A stretch of 64,000 bases of DNA from Camelus ferus (GCF_009834535.1 NC_045696.1:97962001-98026000); one strand, 5' to 3'. Shown: positions 12,225-25,585, counted from the first letter of the stretch. Made by a program: numbers and translations. The notes: a model not told the origin generated them from the sequence alone.

Positions 12225-13792
12225 CACCATTCATAAGTGTACAATTCAGTAGTTTTTAGATATTCACAAGGTTGTGCAGCCATTTCCGTTGTCTGGTTCT
12301 AGAACATTTTCATCACTCCAAAATACCCTGCACCCATTAGTAATCACTCCACATTACTCCCTCCCCTTAGCCCATGACATCCACTAATTTATGTTCTGTT
12401 TCTATGGATTTACCTACTCTAGACATTTCGTATAAACGGAATCATGTAATATTTGGCTCTTGGTTCTGGCCTTCGTTACTGTCTTCTTTTGTATTAAATA
12501 TTTTCTAATGTACCATTATAGTTCCCTGGTTGTTTCTTTTATTATACGTTTTGCATTGTTTTCTTAGTAGTTGCCCTGGGGATTACAGTTAATATCTTAA
12601 TTCATAAGAATCTAGTTTGGATTAGTGCCAGCTTAATTTCAGTTGTGTACAAAAACTTTGCTTTCAGATAGCTCCATTCTTCCATTCTCTTCCTTGCAGC
12701 TCCATTCTCTTCCTCACCACTCCTTTGTGCTGGTGTTATGCATATTAACTCTTTTATACATTGCATGCATGTTCATCAGCACAGATTTATGATTGCTTTA
12801 TGTCCCTTTAAATCAGATAGGAAAAAGTTACAACCAAAAATTATGTACTGTGCAATTACCTTTACCTGTACTCTTTATTTCATCATGTAGATTGAAGTTA
12901 CTGTCTAGTGCATTTGATTTAAGCCTGAAGATCTACTTTTAATGTTTCATGTAGGTCTGGTCAGCTGGTGATGGATTCTCTCAGTTTTTGTTTATCTGGG
13001 AATGTCTTAATTTCTAATTTATTTTTGAAGGGTGGTTTTGCCAGATACAGAATTCTTGGTTGAGTTTTTTTTCTCTTAGCACTTTGAAAAGTTACCTCAC
13101 TGTGTTTTGGCCTCCGTGGTTTCTGGTGAGAAATCAGATGTTAATGTTATTGAGGATTCCTTCTAAGTCATGAATTGCTTCTCTGTTGCTGTCAGTGTTC
13201 TTTCCACAGTTTGATTATGATGTGTCTGGGTTTGGATCTCTTTGAGTTTATTTTACTTGGAGTTTGTTGAGCTGCTTAGATATGTAGATTAATGTTTTTC
13301 CATCAAATTTGGGAAGTTTTCAGCTATTATTTCTTCAAATATTCTGTTTCTTTTTCTCCTCCTGAGAATCATAATGTGTGTGTAGGTATGCTAGCAGTTG
13401 TCCTACAGGAGCTGTTTCTTCATTCTTTTTTCCTTCTGATGCTCAGACTCTGTAACTGTTCCTCAGACATTATAATCTCAATTAACCTGTCTTCAGCTTC
13501 ACTGATTTTTTTTCTTCCTGCTCATATCTGCTGTTTGAGCCTCTCATGAATTTTTAACTTTAGTGAACTTTGTACTTTTTTGACACCAGAATTTTTATTT
13601 ATTGAGAAATAGTTCTCATGCTTTCCTTTAGTTCTTTAGACATGGTTTGCTGTAGGTTTTTGAATATATTTAAGATTAAAATTTAAATTTTTTTCTAATA
13701 GTTCAAACATCTGTGCTTCCTTAGGAATAAGTGATTCTGATAGTTTTTTTCCTATGTATGAACTATACTTTCTTGTTTCTTTAGGTCTCATT

Positions 13793-13836
<44 letters not shown>

Positions 13837-14790
13837 GAAAAGTAGATGTTTTAAATAATGTGGCAACTCCAGAAATCAAATTCTTCCTTCTCCCCAGGGT
13901 TCCTTGTTGTTGCTGATTTTGGTAATTGTTTATTTGGTAACTTTTCTAAATTAACTCTGTATGACCTATTCTTTGCTGTGCCCGGCCGCTGATATCTTAG
14001 TGGTCAGCTAATGATTGTACTAGAACCAGTACATTTCCCAGTACACATATCCCTAGAGGATCTGTGTGCATTTGGGGCACTCCTTCAACACTCACCTAGG
14101 CAGTTGATGACTCTTCCTTAGCCTTTATTTCCTGCCTATTAAGAGTTTCAGGTTCAGCCAGAGGTTAGAGCTTAGGGCCTTCTCAGGTCTTTCCTGAGAT
14201 GCCTTACAGCCCTGTGCTTGCATTTGGCCTTCTAGATTCCCAGGAATATGTTGGAGCTTTCCAAAGCCCCTATGGACATCTTATTCCCCAGTTTTTCCTT
14301 TTAAGCCCTTTGGTTATTATTTTTTTATGCCCCAGCTATTGCTCACTGACTGTAAAATTGCTTTTGACAAACACCCACCCAAGGGAGAGGTTTTTGGTAT
14401 TGGGAAAGCTCAGAGGTTAAATAGAAACAGCTTCGCAAGTGGGAATCTTCTAGTGAACCACCATGCAGGTCAAATAATGACAAATCTATAGGAATGAATC
14501 TTCAAAAGATTCTGCTCCAGTGTGTCCCTCTAACTGCTAGGCTGCACCAAGAATCCCAGCAGGTTGTTATTTTTAAATACTACCATGTAGCTGAGAGCCA
14601 GAGATGGGGCTAGGGCACTAACATTCAGCCATTTTCTTGAATTAAGACTCCCTGGGTTTCTGCAATCCTTTGGTTAGTTTCTATCATTCTGAAAAAGTTG
14701 ATTCTGACAGTTTTTGCTAGTTTTTTCATTGCTTTTACGGAAGAGAGTTTTTAGAAATCCTTAATCTTCCATTTTCAATTATGTCACCCT
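12225..14790 (-). mobile_element. Old L1 (L1M-type) fragments: 3' end, then ORF1 and 5' region
   Basis: T-rich antisense L1 sequence with typical phrases (TTTTGCCAGATACAGAATTCTTGGTTGA; TTTCCATCAAATTTGGGAAGTTTTCAGCTATTATTTCTTCAAATA). Confidence 0.75.
13793..13837. repeat. (TTG)n microsatellite, ~15 units
   Basis: Read directly. Confidence 0.95.
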
Positions 14791-14889
14791 CAGGTAATTT
14801 TTAATCAAGTGGAATCAGAGAATTGCATGAGTTGAAGGCTGGATGTGTTCCATTCTGACTTATAATTAATGCCTTTTACCCCTTTCAGA

Positions 14890-15130
14890 TTCTGGAGAAT
14901 TTCGGTTCAGGAACCAGCCTGCTTGGATTCAAATCCTAATTCTCCTGTTTATTAGCTTTATGACTTGGGCAAGTTACTTAACTTTTCAGTGCTTTAGTGT
15001 CTTCATATGTAAAATGGAGATAATCATAGTATCTACCAGTAGGGCTGTAACATTTTTAAAAGTCAATCTATGTAATGTACTTAGAACAATGTTTGACACA
15101 GAGCGAGCATTCAAGAGATTACTTGTTTTC
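14890..15130 (+). mobile_element. MIR SINE
   Basis: GGATTCAAATCC...TGACTTGGGCAAGTTACTTAACTTTTCAGTG...TGTAAAATGGAGATAAT. Confidence 0.85.
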
Positions 15131-15428
15131 AGAAGTTATAATGTTGACTGTTGTAGATAATGTGAATCTGGTAGTTTTGAGTGTATCTTTTATATACCAA
15201 GGATTTGTTAACTTCCTAATGAATGTAAATTAGGAAAATAGTGTAAAAGAATTATTGTAAAATATATTCTTTAATATTTTTATAGAAATGAGCCCAAGAA
15301 CATGTGTTTTCTTACATGCAGTGTGATATAGTAAACATTAAAAAATGAATGGAAATCCCTGATAAAGTGTGATGAAGAAAGCTATCATATGTTTATTTCT
15401 AATAATATCTGTTTATTATTTTTATTAG

Positions 15429-15595
15429 GTTAATAATAACGAAATGGTTGCATTACAACGAGAGCCCAATAACCCCTATGATAAGAATGCAATTAAAGTA
15501 AACAATGTGAATGGAAATCAGGTTGGCCATTTAAAGAAAGATCTTGCAGCTGCTTTGGCTTATATCATGGACAACAAATTGGCACAAATTGAAGG
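15429..15595 (+). CDS. HLTF: HLTF exon 3 (VNNNEMVALQREPNNPYDKNAIKV...IEG), HIRAN
   Basis: tag|GTT AAT ... GAA GG|gtaat; 167 nt. Confidence 0.97.
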
Positions 15596-16805
15596 GTAAT
15601 GCACTTTTGGAGTTGAGTTTTAATAATTTTGAGTTGTAGTGATCTTTGAATTTAAGGGTCTATATAGTAGCCCTGACAACTTTTGTCACTGTACCTTTAC
15701 TATGTATGCAATAAATGTTTTAGTTCTCCTTTCATTTGTCTCTGCTACCTTAGCCATGAAAAGTTATGCCCTCACTTTCCTGGTAAATTGTTATCATGGA
15801 GAAAAATAGACTTTGCTTCAATTATTAGAAAGTCCACACCATCTTTTAAGAAAAAGCTTCTTTAAAAAGCCTTTTAGTGCATTTACTTGAGAAGTTTGGA
15901 AGTGTTTGTTTAAATCAGGGGTTGTAAACTGATAGCCTGTTATCAGATGTAGGTAGATGAGTTTGATTTTGCCTACATAGTGTTTAAAATGTTTTTCATT
16001 TATTTCCAATATTCCAGATATTCTACATTTTATACACACTGATTTTTTTACCTAATTATAAAGAATTATTTACAAAGATTTCTCTTGACAAAGGGAAGAT
16101 CTAGTGATGCAGGATACTCATCTCCACGTAATGTCAGTTGACTGGAGCTGAGTAACAGCAGTTGTCTTAGTTCTACTACCTGTTCCTTTTTTAAAACTCT
16201 CTTGGTTACCTTTTCTCTTTTATGCATTTGTGTTTGTGATCTCAGTTTAAATGCAGGATGTTTAAGATGTTTAGGATATAAAAAGGTAAATTTGAAGATA
16301 CTCAGCAGTGTCGTCTCATTTGTTTATTTGTTGTCTCCTTTCTCATTTCATCAAGTTTTTCAGATATTGAGAGTGAACTTTTAGTGAATCTTGTATCAGA
16401 AGTAGTTCTTGCAAATCATTCCCCATTCTCCCAAAATGGGTTGCTGCACTGAGTGGTTCTGTTCATAGAAGCTCTACCTTCTCAATTAAACTTACTGTTT
16501 CACCTATGTTGCAGTCTTGGTAATAAGTTATCTGTGTATTTAAACACTTTTATCTCATCTCAGTTTCTTCTGACATTCTGATCCTAAAAAACACCCTTTT
16601 CTTCTCTGTTGATGGTGATATTCCATGTCTTTTTTAAGCTGTCTATCTTTTCTGGCCTTCCCAACTAGTTCCTTTCTGTTTTACTTACATGCAGAATTTG
16701 AATGTGACATTTATTTAACAGATTCTTAATGGGACTGAAAATTAAATGTAAAAAATAGCACTTCTAATTTCTCTCTTTTTTTTTTTTCCATCTCAATTAT
16801 AATAG

Positions 16806-16939
16806 GGTAGTTCCTTTTGGTGCAAACAATGCTTTTACCATGCCTCTGCATATGACCTTTTGGGGAAAAGAAGAAAATAGAAAAGCAGTTTTAGATCAGT
16901 TGAAGAAACATGGATTTAAATTGGGTCCTGCACCAAAAA
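16806..16939 (+). CDS. HLTF: HLTF exon 4 (VVPFGANNAFTMPLHMTFWGK...PAPK)
   Basis: tag|G GTA GTT ... AAA A|gtaagt; 134 nt. Confidence 0.97.
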
Positions 16940-17500
16940 GTAAGTTTAGGGTTAAACCTACTATTATTTTGATATTGTAAGATAAGGAAATTGTAAAACA
17001 TTTATTCTCTTGACTGATACTTTGAGTTTGGTTGGCTAAACTATTTTGTGCTGAAGGCTCCAAGTTCTTTCTTTAAACTGTTTTAAAGGAAATCCTTGAA
17101 TTTTTTTCTTTATTTTGAAATAACTATAGATTCATAAGAGGTTGCACACATACACAGAAAAATGTACAAGGAGGTCCTGGATTTCCGCCCCTAAATTTCC
17201 CTCAATGATAATATCTGGAAATCCCTGATTTTAAACATTCTTTTCAATAAATTAGAGATAAAAAGAATCTTCCAACAGAGAATGAAAAAGTATTATTTGT
17301 TTTTTAAGAGTTTGTTCAAATAATATGGAATTCTTTTAATGTATTTTTTTGAGTGACTTAGGAGATTTAGCTTTAAAATTTTTCTTAAATATATTCAGGG
17401 AATTTTAAATTAAGCTTATTATATAAGCTTTAAAAGCTATTTACTAAAAGATAATTTATTTCATTTGGTGATTTTATTCTTTTCGTTTTGTAAATTGTAG

Positions 17501-17598
17501 CTTTAGGATTCAGTTTGGAAAGTGGTTGGGGCTCTGGAAGAGCTGGACCAAGCTATAGTATGCCAGTTCATGCTGCAGTACAGATGACAACTGAACAG
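17501..17598 (+). CDS. HLTF: HLTF exon 5 (TLGFSLESGWGSGRAG...MTTEQ)
   Basis: tag|CT TTA GGA ... GAA CAG|gtgtac; 98 nt. Confidence 0.96.
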
Positions 17599-18871
17599 GT
17601 GTACTTCTCTTTCATTTTGTTATCTAAAAGTGAATTTTAAATGTTGAAGATTAATGTTTAAAATATAAGATAAATATGTATATGCTAGTATTAGTAATCT
17701 TTAGATATATTAAGTTTTGAAACATGCAGAATAAATAAAATATATTGCAAACATTTATGTAGAAAGAAAGCAGTGATAAGGAATATATCCACCGTGCACA
17801 CTCATTCATACATACATTAAAACACACACATTGCTGTATATGCCTAGGATGTTTTACCATGTTTTGATATTTTTATATTATTTGAAGTTTTTTAAATGTC
17901 CATATTTTTTTTTTAAATGAAACTTGAAGCATACTCCTTCTTTCAGTAAGATTGCAAATGCCGTGCTAAAAAAATTTGTTCCAAATCTTTGGCCTTAGTC
18001 TGTTTCTTGTCTACTTTGTAATTCAGGCTACTGTTATGTTGGGTTAGTTTGAGGGGGAAAAAGGGTATAAAATAAATTAATGCAGATCAATCTACAAATT
18101 ACATCAAAGATGTTTTTGTCTCTACTTATCAATGTTAGCCTTTTTATATACTAATTATAGTTACTATGTTTTCCCTGCTCATTGTTAGAAGGGCTTGAGC
18201 CTGTGTCTGGTGAGTAAAACCCAGATAACCTCTCCTCACTTTTTAGACTTGGCCTGATTTCTTCTGGGCTGCTGCTATGTATTTATTTGCTAATTTACAA
18301 AAGGAATTATAATGCATATATGTTACTATAAAATTGGACTAGATTAATTTAAAGAACCAGCTAAATTAGCATAAGATTGAAGTCATTGTAATATTTTGTA
18401 GCACATAGCTAGTTCTTGATTTGTAGTAATTATAAGTGAAATGTCATTTGTTTGAAAAACTTGAAAATACCTGGTATAATCTTGTCAAAATGGTTTGAAT
18501 ACAGCTAATAGAATCACAGAATTTCAGTGACAGAAGGAACCTTAAAGACACTCTAAATCTAGTTCATCCCTTTCATTTTGCAGGAATAAGGTACAGGGCC
18601 ATAAAGGTTAAGTGTTTTGCCCAAAGTTACATATTAGTTTATTTATGACAGAGCTGTGACTGAAATTCAGGATTTACAATTCTTGTTGTAACAGTTACCT
18701 AAAGGACTTACTTATTCTACCTTTATTGAGCAGTGTAGTATCTCAAAGAATTATTTATGTACCTTTTGATATTTGACTTTTATTTAATTAAATGATTTGA
18801 AATCTTAATTGACTGCAAATACTATTTTAATTGGTTTGTTTGATAATGTTTCTTCTTGCTATTTGTTGTAG

Positions 18872-18946
18872 CTTAAAACAGAATTTGACAAATTGTTTGA
18901 AGATTTAAAAGAGGATGATAAAACTCATGAAATGGAACCAGCTGAG
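18872..18946 (+). CDS. HLTF: HLTF exon 6 (LKTEFDKLFEDLKEDDKTHEMEPAE)
   Basis: tag|CTT AAA ... GCT GAG|gtactg; 75 nt. Confidence 0.96.
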
Positions 18947-19108
18947 GTACTGATCCAGCATTTCCTATTTCAAACTATTTGAAATTTTAAAATATGGTGT
19001 TAATCTATTCATTTTTTAATCATAAGATCAATTATTTTCCAGATTCTGCATGGGGGAAAAAGAAAGGGCTGATTATATTTCTGTGTATGACATTTCTTTT
19101 ATTTATAG

Positions 19109-19300
19109 GCTGTTGAAACACCGTTGCTTCCACATCAAAAACAAGCTCTAGCTTGGATGATTTCACGGGAAAACAGTGAAGAACTTCCACCATTCTGGGA
19201 ACAACGAAGTGACGTATACTATAACACAATAACAAATTTTTCTGAGAAGGACCGACCAGAAAATGTTCATGGAGGAATTTTAGCTGATGATATGGGTTTG
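19109..19300 (+). CDS. HLTF: HLTF exon 7 (AVETPLLPHQKQALAWM...GGILADDMGL)
   Basis: tag|GCT GTT ... GGT TTG|gtaatt; 192 nt; SNF2 Q-motif and first half of Walker A. Confidence 0.97.
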
Positions 19301-19613
19301 GTAATTATTTTTTTCTCAAGTTAATATTTTATTTTGCAACTAAGATTTTATAGGAAATAATTTTGAAGTAGGTAGAGATAGGGATATGTTGGCACCAGTT
19401 GGGGATTAGATTTCACTGTTTATGTAGAACAATTTTCCACAGTTTTAACTTAAAATAATGCTAAGCTTTTTTTTTTCTTTTGGTTTGTTTGCTTATGGTA
19501 CAATTAAAATAATTAGCAGTAATGATACAAACATGTTTCTCAGTTTTCTTTTGAAATTCAAGGTAACTTAACTTTCATGAGTCTTCTCAAAGGAAAGATA
19601 TAATTCCTTATAT

Positions 19614-20920
19614 CAGCAGTTTTTATACTTTTTTGGTCTCAGCAGTCCTTTATGTTCTTAGAAATTGAGGATCCCAAAGAGCCTTTGTTTTTGTGGGTTA
19701 TCTCTATTAATATATTTATTGATATTTATAGTATTAGGTATTAAACTTTTTGATTCTTATTTTTAAAATAAGCTCATTACTTGTTAACAGAAATAACATT
19801 TTAAAATGAAAAATACTCTGAAACAAAAGCAATTTTGATGAGAAGACTGGCATTGTTGAACATTTTTACAGATCTCTTTAATGTAAAGAAAATTAGTCCT
19901 CTCACAGATTTCTAGTTGGAAAAGGAAGGAGTGTCTTAATACCCTTTTTAGATAACTAGATCGTCTTTGATACATCAGTAAAATTAGTATTAGTTTATTA
20001 AAGGTTAATAGTTATAATGTGGGACTTAGAAATCCTATCAATGAACTTTTTATACCCTGTTCCATTAAAATCCACTGCTGTAGCTTGCACATTGAATGGA
20101 TATTTTACCTATGCTTGATTTTGTGACATTACGTATTACTCAGTTGTAAAATACTGGTTCACTGAGTTACACAAATCTGCCAAATATTGATTTATTTCAT
20201 CAAACAATATAAAAAAAGTACGTTCATTGATAGTACTGCTGATCTTATGAGAAAGGCATTTATATTTGGGAAGCTTCTATGCTTGTAGTATTGGATACAA
20301 GTTTTCTAACATTCTCATTTTTGCTTGGAAGCTCAAATTTTATCATTAACAACAGATACTGTCAGTTGTTTCCCTTGAAGTTGATAGCCTCACTTTATTC
20401 ATTTTTCAAGAAAATGTCTGCCACTTAGTTATAAATAACTAGCTGTCAGTCTTTCAAGTTAAAATGATAGTACTTGAAAAGTGATGATGCATGGTGATGC
20501 ATAGTAGCTAGTTGAACCTGCAGTTCAGTCTCACAAGTGATTTTTCTCTAAATAACCTTCATATTTTGGCATGCAAAATAAGTATGTTGTGTACTTCCCC
20601 TCTTGTTATACAGAATATTAAAAAGGTATGTATTTAAGAGGTGACTTGATAAAATGAATATGTGCTGCTTTATCAAGAACATTCTTAAAGTGAAGCTGTT
20701 TGTTTTTACTATATGTGGTGGTTAAAAATGCAGTTGTCCCAGCTGCTTTGTTTCATGCTAAGGTAGGAGCAGTTTTACCACCATTGTTTTTTGTGGAATC
20801 ACTACAGATACCAACACAAACAAGGTCTTTAGTAGCGTCAAAACAGTTTTGACTGCATATATTCCTGAAAGAGTCCTGAGGAACCTCTAGGACCTGTGGA
20901 CCATACTTTGAAAACTGCTG
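19614..20920 (-). mobile_element. hAT-Charlie DNA transposon fossil (Charlie1a-like), both termini present
   Basis: Terminal inverted repeats CAGCAGTTTT ... AAAACTGCTG; degenerate 8-bp TSD CCTTATAT / CTTTACAC with central TA; ends resemble the recalled Charlie1 consensus. Confidence 0.8.
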
Positions 20921-21500
20921 CTTTACACTGTTTTAAAACTGACAGATTTATTTCTGTGTTGCGAAGTATAAATTTAGCTATGGAAAATAACGAAAAATTT
21001 CATGTTTTCATTTAAGAAAAGATTTTTACACAAGAAATATGTCCTTTATGCTTTATTGGTAAGATATAGCCTAAGTCTTAGAATTATCTTTAAATAAAAT
21101 TTAATGAAATAATTATCTTATATTCATACTGAAATTAGTAATCATTTTAAGTTAGCTCTGAATTATATGGCAAACAAATAGTTTTGGTTTCATGATAAAG
21201 TTTAGTTCAGGGTTAAATGTGAAATCTTAAAATGGCAGTCATTCAATAAAATGAGATTTCTCACAGATGCTTATACTAGTTACGGACTAAATTATTTAAT
21301 AACTCCTAGTAATTACAGTGTAGTAAAGCATTTCCTAACTTAATCAATTTTCATTAATATGTATATTATTTAATATAATAATTAGCACACTTGAATGCTG
21401 TCTGATATTTTCTTACTTGATTTTAAAATCAATTTTGGAATGCTCTCTGGTCAACTGGGTTTCAGAATCTGACAATTTGTCTTTGTAAAACATTTTAAAG

Positions 21501-21594
21501 GGCAAAACTCTGACAGCCATTGCAGTGATTCTTACCAACTTCCATGATGGGCAAATCTCTTCCTGTTGAAAGAACTAAAAAAAATCTGAAGAAG
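21501..21594 (+). CDS. HLTF: HLTF exon 8 (GKTLTAIAVILTNFHDG / KSLPVERTKKNLKK), with an apparent +1 frameshift
   Basis: aag|GGC AAA ACT ... AAG AAG|gtaaag; 94 nt between two phase-0 junctions. The incoming frame hits TGA at 21567-21569; HLTF-like residues resume in the +1 frame after GGG 21549-21551. Confidence 0.95.
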
Positions 21595-24185
21595 GTAAAG
21601 TATTAGTGTGTTTTTTCTAAAGTCTCTGGTTTATTGTATAACCTTTCAATTTTGTCATTAAAAATAATTGTCAAAAAATTGATAATATCCGATTTTTAGA
21701 GATGTAATAAATGGCCTTTCTTGTGTGTTGCTGATAAGAGTGAAAGTTTATACCACATTCTGGTAGGCAATTTAGTAACGTGTATCAAAAACCTTAAAAG
21801 TGTTTATAATCTTTGACTCAGTAATGCCATTTCAAAGAAACTATCTAAAAAGTTACCAGAAATCCATTTTTCCTAAGAGAAAAATAATGTGAGTTTTTTC
21901 CCCCAGCATTATTTTAAAGGCAGAAAAGAAACATCTCTCAGTAAGATTACAGTTAAATTATGATATAGCCATAAAATTCAGTACTATGAAACTACAAAAT
22001 CCTATTTTTGAAGAATACTTTCATGATATTTTTTAATTAAAAAAAGATGCATACATATGTGTATAGAATTTGAGTCCTCATTTTGTAAGTACATGTTTAT
22101 ATCTGTCTAAGTTTAATCACACATACTATATGTGCCAAAATATTAATAGTGATAATTATGTCCTAGTGATGAGAGTATGGGTGACTATTACTGATACTTA
22201 GCTTATGTATATTTTTATTTATAGGATATATATACATAATGTATTTATATTTGGTTTCTAAGAGTTAATAGTTAATTTTCTGGGAAAAATAAATGTTACT
22301 AGAATGAAACAGTTATTCTTCATTCTCAGCTAAAAATTCAAAGAACTTAAAGTAGGAAATAACTAAGTGAAAAGCATGTGCAAAATATCTCTTTTTTGGA
22401 GTTTACTGCTGTTCTTATGATACTTCAGCTTCCAAAGATACTGCACATCATTTTCCAGCCACTATTTATTAAGATTCTACTTTATTGATTTCTGCATTTA
22501 GTTGCATTTCCTTCTTTGTACTTTTATTAGGCATTTAACACTGCTATTAACGTCTGAGATTCAATTCCTTACCCCAAATAAATAGTCCAGTTCTTTACAT
22601 CCTTTTCTTTCTACATTTGATTGTTAAAACTGAAGAATAGCACCTAAGACTATTTATAGCTTCATTGTCAGTTATCAATTTAAAAATTATCTATTATCAG
22701 TAAGGCTTTCCCTTTTTTCCACAAGATCAACCAGGCATTTAAGGTGTTATGTAGTAGAAAGATTTTAGGATAATTTGCTGCATTGGTTGAAATTGAGGCT
22801 GAAAATGTCATTTCCAACTAAGCATTTATTACAGCAAATATTTCATTAATTCAAATAGATTTGGATATGCTAAGCTTACAGAGTGAAATGTTACTGATTT
22901 AAATTCCATGAGATTGGAGCATAGTATGATTTAATAGGTTGGACTTTATTACAAATACATATATCTTTGAACTCTATGAAGAAAAGGCTTGCTGAGCAAA
23001 ATCATTTAATATGAAAAGAATAATGTAGAGGGACACCCTTTATTTGTGGATAAATTCTTAAATTATTTTTACATGCTGTTTAATGTAAATGATTTTACTG
23101 CTTATTGGGGAAGGCTGAGTAGAATGTTTGATGAAAGGCATTTTTAACATCAGTTTCTTGGAGCTAATGCTTTAAAACATTAATTATCTAAATCTTCTAG
23201 TTACATATCTAAAAATGATGTATCTTTGATTTTTAACTTATTTAGACTCATGCCGTATTTTTTCAACCATATTTTTAGTAAAATGTGAACTCTAATGGGA
23301 TTTTATAAAACATTTACAATTCTATTTTTTCAGAAACTAAAATCAGATATCCTTTATTAGCCTTAATTCTTAGCAAAACTTACTTTGTACTCCTGCCAAC
23401 CAATCCCAAACTCCATTCTGAGGTTTTGATTCACAATATGACCTACCTTTTACAATATGACTTACCTTTCTTTTTAAACTGGAAAAATTGATTAAACACA
23501 ATTTTATTTGTCATTCCTACCTAGGGAATCAAGTCAAGAATTAAAAATAAGATTGGAGGAACCCTGCCCTACTAACTCAGTTGAAAATATTTTCACAAAG
23601 AAGTATAAAATTTTACTTTAATAAAAGTTTTTATACTCACTCACATATGCATAGGTCTATTTTGAAACAAGGGAGAACGTATGAAGGGAAAAGGAAAAAG
23701 CCAGGGTTGGCAGGAAAATCCCTGATAGAGTAAGGGAGGAGACCCTCTGAAACCTGACTTTTTCGTCTACCCACCCTGGAAATTCCAGAGAAAAAGGATG
23801 TCAGTGGCAGCCTCATTAAAGATCTATTATTTACTGAGTAGGGACTTGGTTTAAAAGTTTGTAGTCTTAGAATTCCTTTTAATTCTAGAGTAATGTTTGT
23901 CACAGTGACTAATATACCATTTATAATTGAGGTTTCCTTTTTGTATTCCTTTTGAAAAGGTTAAGATGGACTAGTTTTTTTTTTTTTTTTAGATACCTAT
24001 GAAAAAATTTTTCATCAATTTGTACATTTTTTTCTCTTAATGCACCTCCCGACATCGCTCCAAAATGAGGTAGCAATTTAAGTAGTATTTATTATGTAAA
24101 GTAAAGCAATTATAAAATAGGATGCATTTGAAATTTATTTGAAACTGACAGCAGTACTGTGTAAGAAATATGCCTTTTCATCCAG

Positions 24186-24261
24186 GAATGTAATGTTTAC
24201 AATGAATCTATGAAACTTGGAGGGAACAATACCAGTGAAAAGGCTGATGGACTAATTAAAG
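24186..24261 (+). CDS. HLTF: HLTF exon 9 (ECNVYNESMKLGGNNTSEKADGLIK)
   Basis: cag|GAA TGT ... AAA G|gtaaac; 76 nt. Confidence 0.95.
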
Positions 24262-25585
24262 GTAAACTTTAATTTTGAACATGACCGCATATTTGATTTA
24301 GATTTTTCCAGTTTAATGATTGTAATTCCAGCTCTGGCTTTTGTACAATACAGAAATTTCAGATCTCTTTTTTTTTTTAGAAAATCTCATGAGGACTGGT
24401 AGTCAGGATAAATTTCATCAAGGAGACGATAATGGAATTGGATAGTAGTATATTAGAGAAACTGAAGAAGAGTATTTTTGGTTGAGGGAAAAAAATCCCA
24501 TGAAAAGGCAGCTATAAACAAAACAAAACATAGAACATGTTTTGTGACCTCACAGTAGTGTATAGTATTTATAATGTAATGTGCTTGAAAAACAGCAGAT
24601 AAGGAAACAAAGATAGGTTAGGGACAAATTCTAAAGTCAGAGGAGAAATGAAAAGGGATCTCTGGATTTAACAGATATTTGGCTAGATTTAGCAGTCAGT
24701 GACTTTCACAAAATTAATTTCTGAAGATTAGAAATTAAGTTAGAGCAGAGCAAGACTGAAAATATTTTGAGGTAAGACTAGTAGATGAAGAATTGGAAAT
24801 AACTGTGTGCTTTTATGTATTTTGCTGTGTTTGAGATAGGAGAAAAATAGAAAATTTGTTAGAGAGGATGACAGAGCTGGGAGTTGTTGGGGGCAGTGGT
24901 TTAAGAAAGAAATCCATGGGTAGGAAGAGATTTTGGAAACTATGGAGAGAATAATTTGTAAGCCTAATTTGGGAGGAAATGAGATCAAGAAAACAAGTAT
25001 ATGAGTTAGCATTAGAAAGAAAGGAAGTAGGGTTGAGGGAAAATATAGATAATTGAGGGAATAAAAAAGTAGGAAAATTGGTAGTTCATAGAAGATGACA
25101 TCTGATTTTCTTTGTAAAGTGAAGTAGGTCATCTAACGGGAGTAAGAGGAGTTAAAAATCTAGGCAGAGGATCCAGTGTAGTATAAATCATTCTGGTGAG
25201 TGGATAGGGAGGATGTGTGCTAGGTAAAAGAATTGCCAAATGACACATGGTGACAGCTGAGATTGGAAAATGTACTTTTATTTATTGTTCATTTTTTTTC
25301 TGGCAGCTCTCAGCTGCCTTGGTATAGCAGGAAGTTCAGCCAGGAAATTTGGCTGGATGACTACAGGGGAAAGACTGAGTACAAAACAACTGAAGGTACT
25401 TTCTAGTGAAAAAATACTATATTAGGAAGCTGTAGAGAGAACAGCTGGCTGATTGAAAGAATAGGAATGATGGTATTAAGAACGGTGAACTATCAAGTTA
25501 GGAAAACCAAGGTTTTAAGAAGGATACTGCTAGTTTAAGACAATTTACTAATACTCTATATTTGTCCTTTTCTTTGAAATGGAAG

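Noticed and set aside
13636..13866. ORF with a poly-Asn tract
   Set aside because: It is the translation of the (TTG)n microsatellite inside an old L1.
23434..23470. Short tandem duplications (ACAATATGAC(C/T)TACCTTT x2; also 12670-12715 and 35340-35430) as a CRISPR-like or structured array
   Set aside because: Only two copies each, with no regular unique spacers; ordinary slippage duplications in a eukaryotic intron.
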